The notes: generated by a model from the letters alone, not told the origin. Positions 18,186 to 28,828 are shown, numbered from the stretch's first letter. The stretch is 64,000 nt of DNA from an uncultured Methanosarcinales archaeon (GCA_964637115.1 CAZWVL010000003.1:64001-128000), one strand, 5' to 3'. Made by a program: numbers and translations.

Positions 18186-20219
18186 ATGAACAAAAAAAAG
18201 GGGCAGATAACAATTTTCATAATCATCGGAATAATTCTATTACTCAGCATAGGAGTAGGCCTATATTTCTACCAAAAAAGAGTTACTGCACCGATCAGAA
18301 GCATAGTTGCCGTTCCCGAAGATGTCCAGCAAATCTACGATTATGTCGCAACCTGCACAAGCCAAATAGCAAAAGATGGACTGATATTACAGGGAACGCA
18401 AGGCGGCTACATCGACGTTCCACCAATAATTCAAAAAAATCCAAACGCATTCATCGCAGCAGACCCTGCAGGTATAGCAAAAACACCATTATGGTACTAT
18501 GAAGGCGAAGACAGAACACCAACATTAGAATTCCAACAACGAGAACTCGCAGTATACGTGAAACAAAATTTACCGGCCTGCGTTGGAAACTTTATGTCAT
18601 TCAAAGACCGCTTTGAAATAATTCCAAAAAGCGATATAATTCCGGTAATCACGTACACGGAAGAAGAAGTAATTGTAGAAATAAAATGGCAGCTCGATAT
18701 CAGAGTGCAAGGCAGGCCAACACAGCTGGACGCATTTGTAGTCAGCTTCCCTCTCAAATACAAAGCAATGTACGAATTAGCCAAGCAAACAATGGAAACA
18801 GAAAACAAAGAAGGATGGTTTGAAAATCTGACAATAGACCTAATGACTGCAAATTCCAAAATACCATTCTCGGGAATGGAACTAAGCTGCGGAACAAAAA
18901 CCTGGCATATACAAGAAGTGAAAAAACAAGTACAAAGAATGCTGTACTACAACCTGCCCCTTATCAGGGTAGCAAACACAAATTATCCTCCGCCACTCGC
19001 CTCACTCAGGACATATGCTAATCTTAAATCACAGGCAGCAGACATAAGAGCAGACCTTGAAAAAGACAAAGAGCCAAACTGGCCTGAAAACCCTCCGGCA
19101 GACGTGTATGAAATGAACAGAATGATGTTTGACGCAGGAGCCAAAAAAACAGACTTGAAAACGGCGTTTACGTACCTGTCAAACTGGCCGTTATTCATTA
19201 ACGCGCAGCCAAACAGCGGGGGAGTGTTAAGCACGGCAAACATGAAAGGACCGCGCAAATACCTAAGATTCCTCTGCATCAACCAATGGCACTTCACATA
19301 CGACCTGATTTATCCAGTCAAAATGCAGATAAAAGATGATAATGCGTTCAACGGCGAAGGATTCGTGTTCCAAATGGGATTCCCAGTCATAATAGAAGAC
19401 AATGAAGAAAGCAGAGTATTCTTCGGCATCAGAAGATTTGTAATCCCTGATGTAGGCACGGAATTCTGCACAAACTACGGCACGCAATCAATAGAAGTCA
19501 GAGCAAAAGGATTTGTCGAAGGAGGAATAGTAGCAGAAGAACTGGATGACGCAAACATAACATACACTTGCCTGAATAAAGAATGCCTGCTCGGCAAAAC
19601 ATACAGTGATGGCTCGGGAATAATCAGGCTAAACTCATACCTCCCAGAAGGATGCGCAAATCCTCTGCTGACTGCGCAGAAAGAAGGATACCTGCCGGCC
19701 AAAAAGTACGTGGACAAAGACTATGTGGAACTAATGATGACAAAGCTCAAACGAATGCCATACAAAATAGAAGTGCATCCATACGACTCAATCAACAAGC
19801 GCTCGATGGCAGACGTGTACTCAAAACTTCCAAAAACAATGCACGCAACAGTTACAATCAGTTTGCGCAACCAATCATTTGACCAATACAAAAGCTATCC
19901 GGCAAATGGTACGCAATTCCAAGCAGAAGGAACAACAGACCTTTCAGACATAAGCGAAGTAACAAAAGATGAAGTAGACTTTGTCTACGACGACGCACAA
20001 TATGACATCGACATACTATTGTTCAAAGGAAACACAGTGGTGGGAGGATACCACAGAGAGAATATCACAATCTCCTACGAAGATGTTGCGTCAGCAAGCG
20101 CTGTAACGTTCAAAGTCTTCGAATGGAGACCACTGCCAGAAGGCGAAAAACAGGCACAAATGTTCCTGTACTTGTATGAAACAAAACACGAGGATTTAGG
20201 ACCAAGCTTCCATGGATAA
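18186..20219 (+). CDS. Large class III-signal (KKKGQ) protein A2, paralog of A1
   Basis: MNKKKGQITIFIIIGIILLLSIGVGLYFY; YVATCTSQIAKDGL...GGYI, WHFTYDLIYPVKMQI and CLNKECLLGKT. Confidence 0.8.
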   Translation: MNKKKGQITIFIIIGIILLLSIGVGLYFYQKRVTAPIRSIVAVPEDVQQIYDYVATCTSQIAKDGLILQGTQGGYIDVPPIIQKNPNAFIAADPAGIAKTPLWYYEGEDRTPTLEFQQRELAVYVKQNLPACVGNFMSFKDRFEIIPKSDIIPVITYTEEEVIVEIKWQLDIRVQGRPTQLDAFVVSFPLKYKAMYELAKQTMETENKEGWFENLTIDLMTANSKIPFSGMELSCGTKTWHIQEVKKQVQRMLYYNLPLIRVANTNYPPPLASLRTYANLKSQAADIRADLEKDKEPNWPENPPADVYEMNRMMFDAGAKKTDLKTAFTYLSNWPLFINAQPNSGGVLSTANMKGPRKYLRFLCINQWHFTYDLIYPVKMQIKDDNAFNGEGFVFQMGFPVIIEDNEESRVFFGIRRFVIPDVGTEFCTNYGTQSIEVRAKGFVEGGIVAEELDDANITYTCLNKECLLGKTYSDGSGIIRLNSYLPEGCANPLLTAQKEGYLPAKKYVDKDYVELMMTKLKRMPYKIEVHPYDSINKRSMADVYSKLPKTMHATVTISLRNQSFDQYKSYPANGTQFQAEGTTDLSDISEVTKDEVDFVYDDAQYDIDILLFKGNTVVGGYHRENITISYEDVASASAVTFKVFEWRPLPEGEKQAQMFLYLYETKHEDLGPSFHG

Positions 20220-23200
20220 GAACACGAAAGAAGAAAAGAGGAAAGTGAATTATTTGACGCGCTCTTTGAGTGAATTTTTCTCCCCCACACTTTGTAAGGG
20301 GGAGAAAAATTCACCCCATCATAGAACTCTTGCGCGGCGGCAGCTTGGGTCAGTGGCATTATTCATGGCATTCCTCATCATCATGCTTCCAATAGTTGAT
20401 GCTCAAGCAATTGGCGACCAGCCAACAGCACAGGGAGAAGAAACAACAGTCAAACCACTGTTTGTAAACGCAACCATTCCACGATATCCGCGCACAATGA
20501 AGATAGACATTGCAGGAATTACAAAACCAGGAGCAACTATTACGATCAATATCAACGGCGCTGATGTCAAAAAAGACATCATTGATGATGGAACATTTTT
20601 GTTCAAGCAAGTCCAACTGCAGGCAAGCAACGCAATAATCATTACAGCAGAACTCGGCGGCGAAACAGCAACACAAACATACCAAGCAGACGTTGACAAT
20701 TCTCCGCCGCTCATCAATATCACGACAACACCCGTAGTAACGGCAGCAAGCTCAACAGTCAAGGTCAAGGTTTCAGAACCAGTCAATCTGACAGTGCAGG
20801 CAGGAAATCAAACAAATAAATCATACTCGCTCCAGGCAGGAAGCAACGACGTTAAAATAGAACTGCAGCCAGGCGAAAACATGGTCGGCTTTACGGCAGT
20901 TGATAGAGCCGGATTTAAATCATTCATTGAAGAAAGAATCGTTTACGACACAGGACCGCCAAGATTTGAAAAAACAAACCTGAACCAATTGTCTCCGACA
21001 TACAGGCAAGAAGTGGAAGTCAAGGGCAAACTATCAGAACCCGGCAGCGTAACAGCATTTGTCAACGGCAAACCACAAAAAACAGAAGCAACAGCTTCGG
21101 ATGGAAGTTTCTCGATAAAAGTAAAACTTGAAAGATCGCTTTCGGTAACTGCAGGCTCACAATCAGCTTCAGGAGTCACGGGAGGAGCAGTATCAATAGA
21201 ACAAGGCATCCAATGGAAAAGCAAACTAAGGCTCGAGGCAATCGACGCAGCAGGACTAAAAGCAACAACGGAAGAAGTTGAGATAGCATATTCCATCTGC
21301 GGAAGCGGCACGTGGATAGACGTCCAATTAACAGACCCAATGCCGGACATACTCAATCCAAGACTGATAATTGAAGGCATACAGCAAGTCGGCATAGGCT
21401 TCAACTACACATACAGAGGCGGCGCAAAAGCAGAAATCGATGCAAGAAGCATCAGAATAAGAACATTAATGCTTTCTCCAGAAGTCAGGAAAGAATTTGA
21501 CAACAATCTGGTGATGGTACGGGCTCCAAACGTAAGAGCTCAGCGCGCAACCAAGCCTAGCGGAGTAGGCTACATACAAGTAAACTTCAATCCTTTAGAA
21601 GACCCGTGGAGCCTGCCTGAAAAAGACGGTAAAAAAGAAGAAGCGCCTGCAAACGCAACAATGTTCGATCGTGAACAAAGAATCTCCCAACACAGAGAAG
21701 GAGACTGCATCACGCCCGGCTTTGGCTGCATGAAACTATTCCTTGAACTTGAAATTCCATTCACAGAAACAACCAGGAAAATGGCCTACGACCCGATTGT
21801 GCGCGGCACACTTGAAAAAGATGTCGTGGAGCCATTAACACAAAGAACGTGCATAGATGTCAACATTGCGATAGACAAAAGAGTTCCTCCGGATGTATTG
21901 CCATCAGGACTTTTGCGAGCATCCAGCGAATTCCTCGGGGCAGTCATACAAGGCATAGACAAAGTATTAATGCCAATCCAGACAATCGGAAAGTACTTGT
22001 TTTACACGTGTGTAGCTGGACAATTCCTGTCACTAGTTCCAATCGTTCTCGAAAAATACAACTGCGAGTTCAGAAAAGTAGCGGACGTTTTAGCAGGAGG
22101 AGAAGGCGCATTTGACCCCAATGTAGCAGCAATCAACGCCTGCGACGCAGAATATGGTGCAGGTTCAGACGCAGCAGACAACTGCAACACCTGCCATAAA
22201 TGGAAAGACTACCGCAAAAAATTTGTCAGAACATACAGACAAATCTGCGACAGAGTAATGTGCCCGGCAGCACCATCACTGCAGTATTATCTCAAAACCA
22301 GAGGCAGAGAATCACCAACAGAAGTCAAAGCAGAAAATGCAAAAGCTGATCCCGTGATTGCCCAATACGCCCAAGGCGGCAAACTCTTTGCCGGCAGCGA
22401 CTGCGCAGCATGGGTTGACGTGAACAAGCGCAAAGAAGAAAGAGGCACGAAGAAACCAGTACTTGCTCCACGATTATTCTTCACCACTGATGAAATTCAA
22501 AAAATCTATGATAACTGGCTCAAACATCAGTCAAACACTGCAGGAGAAACAGAAACAGGCGGCGTAAACTGCGCAGGACTGCACCCTGCAACACCAGAAT
22601 GCTGCGGATATGAGTATATGCAGGAATGGAGTTCAGCGTGCGGAACAAGCGCACTCGGGCAAAGCCTGGATACTTTTGACGAAATAAAAGAAAGCACCTG
22701 CCTCGCAGCACAACGATCAGGCAAGAACGAAATAGGAGGATTAGAAGGAGAATCAATACAGTGCAACAAACTGTTGAATGCAGCCAGCGGATTCTGCGAG
22801 AAAAACGGAATGCCGCCTTTGACGCCAATTAGAGTAACGACAATTGATGCGAGAAAAGCAGAGTCATTAGAACTGCAAAAATACGCAGAAAGCAACGACC
22901 TCTACATCATCGTGCAGGATAAAGGCGCGGCGAGCTCCATTTTAGGCGTAGTACCAACAGGCCAGTCACAAGGATACTCAATCAAGCTGGGCTTAATAAT
23001 AAAAACATTGGAGTTCCAAAAAAGCGACAAGCCGGAAATAATTGCAACAAGCGAACGCTCCAAGCTCACAGAAAAACTTGACGTGATAGAATATCCGGAG
23101 TATACAGCATTCCAAACATCATTCTTCAGCCAGGAACAGATAGACGTTTACAGAGAAAAAGCAGCAATTCCACCAGATTTCAAAAAAACACTCTGTGATG

Positions 23201-26200
23201 CAGCAGGCAAAAAATTCGGTCAGTGCAACATTGATGAAAAGTACATTTACGCCCAAGTAATTCAGGCCATTGGAAGCCCAGACAAAGACTACATCATCAA
23301 GCCAAACGAAGGGCTGATAAACTCAGTCAGATGCCTTTGCATCCCAACAATTGTTGGATACCTCAAATTATGGAGAGGAATAATGGGAGCAGTAAAAAGC
23401 TGCATTGACACCATACTCCTGACTGGCGACGGAGAGAATGGAATGTGCCAGGCACTCGTCAGCAGATACGTCTGCGATTTATTGTATGACGCGCTTGCCT
23501 GCTTCACGCAAAAATTCGGCACAGGACAAGGAAGAGTAGAAAAAGAAGGCGGCGGAGACATAATGGGGGCGTTAGTTTCTGCAGGAAGCGAAATGCAAAG
23601 AGAAGTGCAAGGCAGATATGGAGAAACAGGGCTTTACAAAGCAGTATTTGTCGACAGAAAATTAGTACACTCAATCTGCATGTGGGCGTTCACAGGAACG
23701 TGGAACTTCGACTTGGGAGCAATATTTGACCAAGCAATAGACGAAATCCCGATCAGCAGCCAGGCATTGCTAACACCGTGCAACAGAAGATTCGTAAGCT
23801 TCAACCCAACAACAAGACCAGGAGGACTGGTAACGTGGGTGTATCACTTCGGGTCATTCTTCGCAGCAGGAGCAGACGCAGAAATAGAATTGCACCTTGT
23901 CTGCAGCGATGATTTCACGTGCAAAGAATCAGACGGCTTTGAAAACGGCAAGTGCGACTGCCAAGGCAAAGGAAAAAGAGATATTGTTATCAGGCCGGAA
24001 AACCTTCCAACAAGAGCAAAGAAAAACCAAATCCTGAGCGAAGAAATATTCTTCACGATGCAAGCAGGCAGCGGAGAGAGCAATGTTCGATATGACAAAG
24101 CATACCTCCTCTACAGGTGGAAAGAAGCAAACAAACAGATGAAAGAAGACAAGACAGAACCCTGCTCAATTGGATTAACAGGCGGCGGTGGAAGCATGCC
24201 TGCATTCTGCAGATGGGATCCGTTCACAGTAAGCTTCAGGTGCCAGTTTGGCGAAGCGGCAGGAGGAATACGCTTCAAATCAGGAAAACCAGACTACAAA
24301 CATCCGACAGTAAAAGGCGGAGTTTTCGCACTTGACGAAAGCGTTAGTGTAGAACTGCAGATGCAGCAAGACTATCCAGGCGGAGAAAAGTACAACAAAT
24401 ACTTGCAGTACACCATACTAGGCCCAGGCAACAAAGAACTTGCCACTAACAAAGACAGAGGACTAATATTATTACAGACAAATGGCGATTACAATAAGCG
24501 ATTATCAGCAGACGGCACGCCACCAGTGCCAATAGAAATAAAACGAGAATGGTTCACAACAGTAGAAGCAGGAAAAACCTTTTCGGCCAGACAATGGGCA
24601 AAATCACCACAAAATCCAACAGGCACAGCAGCAGACAACAAAGTAATTGAAGATGTGCAATTGGTAGGACTTGTAGGAGCAGTAGCAGCACAAAAGCAGT
24701 TCGTGCTTGAGCTAACAAGACAAGGCGACAAAATAAATTATGCAGTCTACACAGCTGGCACGAACGACAAGCCAGGAGTGGGGGAAAAGGGCGGATTCTA
24801 CGTTGCAACACCAGCACTCTGCACAGGCACAATTTCTGGAACGAAAATTACGTGCACACCATCAATAGCTCCAAGACCAGGGCAACCACCACAGCCGCAA
24901 GACACTCTAACAATAACACTCAAAGCAGATCCTCTTTACCCAACAGTAGACGAACTAATCCAGCTGCACATAAACATGAACATTCCAAGAACATTAGCAG
25001 CTGACCCGTGCAAAGGAGACGTAAACAACAGGTATCAACAATCATTCAAAATGATGCTGATGGCATACGATGCAGATAATTATGGATCACCATCAGAACA
25101 AGTAGCAGTAGACCCGTATACAGGAGCGGAAGCGGTGTTTGAAATTCCATTTTATGCCATGTGCGCAACGGCAGATGAATTAAAGCCGCTGGAAGGAATA
25201 CTTGGGCCAGCAGAAATATTGGCAGGACTGAGCAAGGACATAAACGCGTGGTTAGCACCAGAAAAAGATTACAAGACCAAACTCGAAGGATTTGTCTCGC
25301 AACCACTCAAGATAGAACAAACTACGAGTGTGCAAAATCAACTCGACCAGATAATCTTTGGCGAAACGGCAAATTCAGTTGTACTCGAGAAATACAAAAC
25401 CAATCTGAAGAATATAACAGGAATGGATGCAGTAAAAGCAGCAGTTGAAGAATTATACAATATTATCAGACCTCCATTCCACGCTGAACTCGATTTGCGC
25501 AATGTTGTCGGCTTGTCAATTGATGCCAAAAATGTTATCACAAACGAGCTTAAAGGCACGCCAAACGTGACAAAAATACAGGATGCGCTCAGACCAATCA
25601 TACCAGAACTTCAGAAAGCACTCGAAGCAAAACAGAAATTACTAACTTTGCTGCCAGCAGCTGCAGGCGAAAAAGGAGCCTGCCCAAGCGGAAAACAAGT
25701 TCCAGAAAAAACAGGAGAATATTATCTCTGTGCAACATCCTTGCCATCAGACAAATGGGTTGAAGTAACGGACAGGCAATGCTACGCAGTTGAAAAACAA
25801 ACATGCTACAAATTGTCGGCTTCAAACCTCTGTTACGACAAAAACACGAATGGAGACACGTTCCACTGCGACACAGAATGCAAAGGAAACTCAGAAACAT
25901 CAAGTGAGCAACGCATTTGTCCGAAGAAAGAAGAGCCAACGTGTTGTGTAGTCAAGTCAACAATTGCGCAAAAACTCCTGCAACTGAAAAACCAAATCGG
26001 CCAGCAGCAAGGCGATGATGAAAGCTTCAGGTCAAGCATTACCACAACAAGGACAAATGAAGAATTAATTACATATCTGGTTGGAACAGGCGATATAAAT
26101 GTCCCAACACTGATATCAGAGCTGAAAGCATATGCGTCTTTGAAAAATCTTGAAAGAGAAGGGCTCTCAAGTGTTGTTGGGTCATCAGGCCTGACACCCA

Positions 26201-27444
26201 CTGATGAAGTCAGACGTTTCATTGGCATGGATGAAGATTATGCCTGGAAAACAACATTTATGGTATTTGGAATACCTTTTGAACTTCACGCTTTGTCGGT
26301 ATCGGTTGAAAACTTGAATAAAATGAAAGACGACCTAGTGGCAATGGCACAAGCGCCGCCAACAGCGCCAAACGGACCATCTCCTGAAAACATAAAAGCA
26401 GCCATTGCCCGCATTTCATTGGAAGTTGGCGTTATTAAGGCAACGCGCGCACTTGCCATCAATTCGCTTGACAAAGACCTAGGCATCATACCAAAGACTA
26501 CAGAAGAAGTTGTAAAAGAAACTGCTGGTGCAGCGCCGGCAGCAGCGTCAGTTGCAGCCCCGCCAAAACTTCCGCTCAGCATCAACGGCAAAACAGACCT
26601 TGCAATTATTACAAAAGGAACAGATATTCAAGTCAAAATAATACTTCCAAAAAACGTACAAGCCTTTGAGTACATTGAATTATTCGCATACAAAAGCAAT
26701 GTTCACATTGCCACCTGGGACCTCAGAAACAACTACAATCCAAGCACGGGTGAGGCAACATATATGTTAGGCCCAGACCAGTACGCCAATTTTGTAATAG
26801 GCGAAACATACGAATTTGACATGGCGTATAATCCGCCGCACACAATTGGAAACAAAGTACAAGTGAGAATAATTGTTCCGCCATGCGGAGACGGAAAAAT
26901 AGACCAAGGAGAAGTATGCGACAGAAAGAGCGATGGAACAGTAATAGCAAGCAATGAAATGGTTTACAATCCAACCACATTTACTGCATACTGGCAGATT
27001 TATGCACCATCGATGGGACCATTCGGAGCGACTGAATATAGAGTATTGTTCAGCAAAAACATGCAGACGTTCTGTAATGATATCATTGGAGAAGATTGTG
27101 ATGACAAGGTGGAATACTCTGCAGAAAAAGGATGGTGTTCAGGAGACTGCAAGAAATTCATGCCAAGAGTTGGGTGCGTAGATGATGACACAATCGGCGA
27201 CAGCGGAAGAGCAGCATATCTCACGCCAGAATTCTATTACGAAGGCACGGAAAAAAAGATGAACAACGTATGGTGGTATCTCTTCAGCGATCCAAACGCG
27301 GGAAGAAATGGATGCTATCCAACCACTGAAGAGGCAGGATTGCCTCCATACAACGATAAATGGACAGAAGCACCAGTTCCAATAGACTATCCGCAATTTA
27401 TGACCAAGCCCGCTCCTTTCCAACCTCCAACGGCACAACCATGA
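20212..27444 (+). CDS. Giant 2410-aa surface protein B2: Ig-like repeats, Cys-rich hydrophobic domain, coiled regions, CGDG..E.CD repeat
   Basis: Hydrophobic signal VALFMAFLIIMLPIVDA; Ig-like N-terminus; CLCIPTIVGYL segment homologous to B1; PPCGDGKIDQGEVCD near the C-terminus. Confidence 0.8.
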   Translation: MDKNTKEEKRKVNYLTRSLSEFFSPTLCKGEKNSPHHRTLARRQLGSVALFMAFLIIMLPIVDAQAIGDQPTAQGEETTVKPLFVNATIPRYPRTMKIDIAGITKPGATITININGADVKKDIIDDGTFLFKQVQLQASNAIIITAELGGETATQTYQADVDNSPPLINITTTPVVTAASSTVKVKVSEPVNLTVQAGNQTNKSYSLQAGSNDVKIELQPGENMVGFTAVDRAGFKSFIEERIVYDTGPPRFEKTNLNQLSPTYRQEVEVKGKLSEPGSVTAFVNGKPQKTEATASDGSFSIKVKLERSLSVTAGSQSASGVTGGAVSIEQGIQWKSKLRLEAIDAAGLKATTEEVEIAYSICGSGTWIDVQLTDPMPDILNPRLIIEGIQQVGIGFNYTYRGGAKAEIDARSIRIRTLMLSPEVRKEFDNNLVMVRAPNVRAQRATKPSGVGYIQVNFNPLEDPWSLPEKDGKKEEAPANATMFDREQRISQHREGDCITPGFGCMKLFLELEIPFTETTRKMAYDPIVRGTLEKDVVEPLTQRTCIDVNIAIDKRVPPDVLPSGLLRASSEFLGAVIQGIDKVLMPIQTIGKYLFYTCVAGQFLSLVPIVLEKYNCEFRKVADVLAGGEGAFDPNVAAINACDAEYGAGSDAADNCNTCHKWKDYRKKFVRTYRQICDRVMCPAAPSLQYYLKTRGRESPTEVKAENAKADPVIAQYAQGGKLFAGSDCAAWVDVNKRKEERGTKKPVLAPRLFFTTDEIQKIYDNWLKHQSNTAGETETGGVNCAGLHPATPECCGYEYMQEWSSACGTSALGQSLDTFDEIKESTCLAAQRSGKNEIGGLEGESIQCNKLLNAASGFCEKNGMPPLTPIRVTTIDARKAESLELQKYAESNDLYIIVQDKGAASSILGVVPTGQSQGYSIKLGLIIKTLEFQKSDKPEIIATSERSKLTEKLDVIEYPEYTAFQTSFFSQEQIDVYREKAAIPPDFKKTLCDAAGKKFGQCNIDEKYIYAQVIQAIGSPDKDYIIKPNEGLINSVRCLCIPTIVGYLKLWRGIMGAVKSCIDTILLTGDGENGMCQALVSRYVCDLLYDALACFTQKFGTGQGRVEKEGGGDIMGALVSAGSEMQREVQGRYGETGLYKAVFVDRKLVHSICMWAFTGTWNFDLGAIFDQAIDEIPISSQALLTPCNRRFVSFNPTTRPGGLVTWVYHFGSFFAAGADAEIELHLVCSDDFTCKESDGFENGKCDCQGKGKRDIVIRPENLPTRAKKNQILSEEIFFTMQAGSGESNVRYDKAYLLYRWKEANKQMKEDKTEPCSIGLTGGGGSMPAFCRWDPFTVSFRCQFGEAAGGIRFKSGKPDYKHPTVKGGVFALDESVSVELQMQQDYPGGEKYNKYLQYTILGPGNKELATNKDRGLILLQTNGDYNKRLSADGTPPVPIEIKREWFTTVEAGKTFSARQWAKSPQNPTGTAADNKVIEDVQLVGLVGAVAAQKQFVLELTRQGDKINYAVYTAGTNDKPGVGEKGGFYVATPALCTGTISGTKITCTPSIAPRPGQPPQPQDTLTITLKADPLYPTVDELIQLHINMNIPRTLAADPCKGDVNNRYQQSFKMMLMAYDADNYGSPSEQVAVDPYTGAEAVFEIPFYAMCATADELKPLEGILGPAEILAGLSKDINAWLAPEKDYKTKLEGFVSQPLKIEQTTSVQNQLDQIIFGETANSVVLEKYKTNLKNITGMDAVKAAVEELYNIIRPPFHAELDLRNVVGLSIDAKNVITNELKGTPNVTKIQDALRPIIPELQKALEAKQKLLTLLPAAAGEKGACPSGKQVPEKTGEYYLCATSLPSDKWVEVTDRQCYAVEKQTCYKLSASNLCYDKNTNGDTFHCDTECKGNSETSSEQRICPKKEEPTCCVVKSTIAQKLLQLKNQIGQQQGDDESFRSSITTTRTNEELITYLVGTGDINVPTLISELKAYASLKNLEREGLSSVVGSSGLTPTDEVRRFIGMDEDYAWKTTFMVFGIPFELHALSVSVENLNKMKDDLVAMAQAPPTAPNGPSPENIKAAIARISLEVGVIKATRALAINSLDKDLGIIPKTTEEVVKETAGAAPAAASVAAPPKLPLSINGKTDLAIITKGTDIQVKIILPKNVQAFEYIELFAYKSNVHIATWDLRNNYNPSTGEATYMLGPDQYANFVIGETYEFDMAYNPPHTIGNKVQVRIIVPPCGDGKIDQGEVCDRKSDGTVIASNEMVYNPTTFTAYWQIYAPSMGPFGATEYRVLFSKNMQTFCNDIIGEDCDDKVEYSAEKGWCSGDCKKFMPRVGCVDDDTIGDSGRAAYLTPEFYYEGTEKKMNNVWWYLFSDPNAGRNGCYPTTEEAGLPPYNDKWTEAPVPIDYPQFMTKPAPFQPPTAQP
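20270..20314. repeat. Perfect 17-bp inverted repeat at the 5' end of the giant gene
   Basis: GTGAATTTTTCTCCCCC (20270-20286) / GGGGGAGAAAAATTCAC (20298-20314), 11-nt loop. Confidence 0.9.
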
Positions 27445-28250
27445 CCCTAATTACAACCCTCCCCCTCGCCTGGAAGGCATTCACTGAAAACAAGAAGTAT
27501 TTGATATGGATAATCCTAATAGAATTCGTATTCCTCTTTGTTCTAACTCAAATACATTTGATGTACTTCGTGCCAAGCGCAGAAGCAGCAGCAAGAGCAG
27601 GAGAAATAATGACGCAAGAAGTACAGAAATTGCCGGAAACAGAAATTTATCAGCTTGAAACACTGCTTGTGAAAAATGAAGGCTTTATGACAGCATACAA
27701 CGAGTTGCTTGCCTATATGGGCTTTTTCATAATAAGCCTGTTTATTGCATTTGTTGTTTTCAGAACTCCATTATGGTATATCTCGCACAAAAGCATACTG
27801 AAGAAAATGCCCTGGAAACCAGTGCTGATAAAGTTTCCATTGCTTTCACTGTTCTGGTTTGTAGTGCTGGTAATAGCTTTTTCACTTTACAGCATTGGCA
27901 CAGGCAGCACAACAACAGTACTGCCAATTTTCAGCCCGTTCTGGGTGACGATACTAATGTACATAGTATTTCTGGCTATCTTTTACTTCTCCCAAATCAG
28001 TTTTGCTCTCATCCCGTCACAACAAACCTTTAAGAATACGTTCATCTATGGCACTAGACATGCAAAAACAATCATTCCAGCATTCCTCGTCAACGCAATC
28101 ATTACTTTCATTGTCTGCTCATTGCCATTCAACTGGATTACAACAAAACCACTCATCTCGCTCGCAATCATACTCATCATCACAATTCCAGCACTTGCAT
28201 TTGCAAGACTGCACATCATAGTAGCAACATGGCAAAAACCGCAATCATAA
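27441..28250 (+). CDS. Polytopic membrane protein D2, probable paralog of D1
   Basis: About 6 hydrophobic segments with D1-like spacing; start reset to ATG 27441 (ATGA overlap with the B2 stop). Confidence 0.75.
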   Translation: MTLITTLPLAWKAFTENKKYLIWIILIEFVFLFVLTQIHLMYFVPSAEAAARAGEIMTQEVQKLPETEIYQLETLLVKNEGFMTAYNELLAYMGFFIISLFIAFVVFRTPLWYISHKSILKKMPWKPVLIKFPLLSLFWFVVLVIAFSLYSIGTGSTTTVLPIFSPFWVTILMYIVFLAIFYFSQISFALIPSQQTFKNTFIYGTRHAKTIIPAFLVNAIITFIVCSLPFNWITTKPLISLAIILIITIPALAFARLHIIVATWQKPQS

Positions 28251-28828
28251 CAATATTGCTGATATTCGTAGTAGTTCTGTTAGTTTACATAGCAGTCAGA
28301 CAGCCAGCAGTTGTAACAACGCCCGCACAGCCAACGCCAATACAGCAGCTAACGCCAAGGGCGCCAGCAATAGAAGTCGGCGTGCCAACGCAAAAAGCGC
28401 CCGTGACAAAACAACCGGCAGCAGGAATTGAAATAGAAAAAGTCATACCGCAAGAAGTAAACTTCTGGATAAATGACATAAGAGCGCCAGAAACAACCAC
28501 GTATGCAGAAGGATTAAACTTCATACCAATCAAGCAAAGCGACATCAAAACATTTGCAGGAAGCTTTGGACCATACTTTGAAGACCCGACTCCGCATATG
28601 AAAGTAGTCCTTTGCGCAGAATATTACAAAGTCGCTGCAGCACCAGCCTGCGAAGTCGTGCAATTAGTATTCCAAGACAAGTATGCAACGTTCGCACGCG
28701 GATACCAATTTGACGAGTACATAGGCGGAATGGCAGCAAAAGACTACGTTGCCTATTACACAATTTACGCCGGAGAAGCTCCAGTTGGATACAGCAACAA
28801 AGCGGTCATTAGAACAGTAAGAGATTAA
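28229..28828 (+). CDS. N-anchored protein E with Pro/Thr linker and globular C-terminal domain
   Basis: TAIITILLIFVVVLLVYIAV TM, PAVVTTPAQPTPIQQ linker, Cys pair (LCAEYY...PACEVV). Confidence 0.75.
   Translation: MAKTAIITILLIFVVVLLVYIAVRQPAVVTTPAQPTPIQQLTPRAPAIEVGVPTQKAPVTKQPAAGIEIEKVIPQEVNFWINDIRAPETTTYAEGLNFIPIKQSDIKTFAGSFGPYFEDPTPHMKVVLCAEYYKVAAAPACEVVQLVFQDKYATFARGYQFDEYIGGMAAKDYVAYYTIYAGEAPVGYSNKAVIRTVRD

Noticed and set aside
12454-27444. B1/B2 as fusexin (HAP2/Fsx1-like) or phage tail/tape-measure proteins
   Set aside because: No recognisable fusexin Cys pattern or single C-terminal anchor; no capsid, terminase, portal or integrase nearby. It cannot be excluded without structure prediction.
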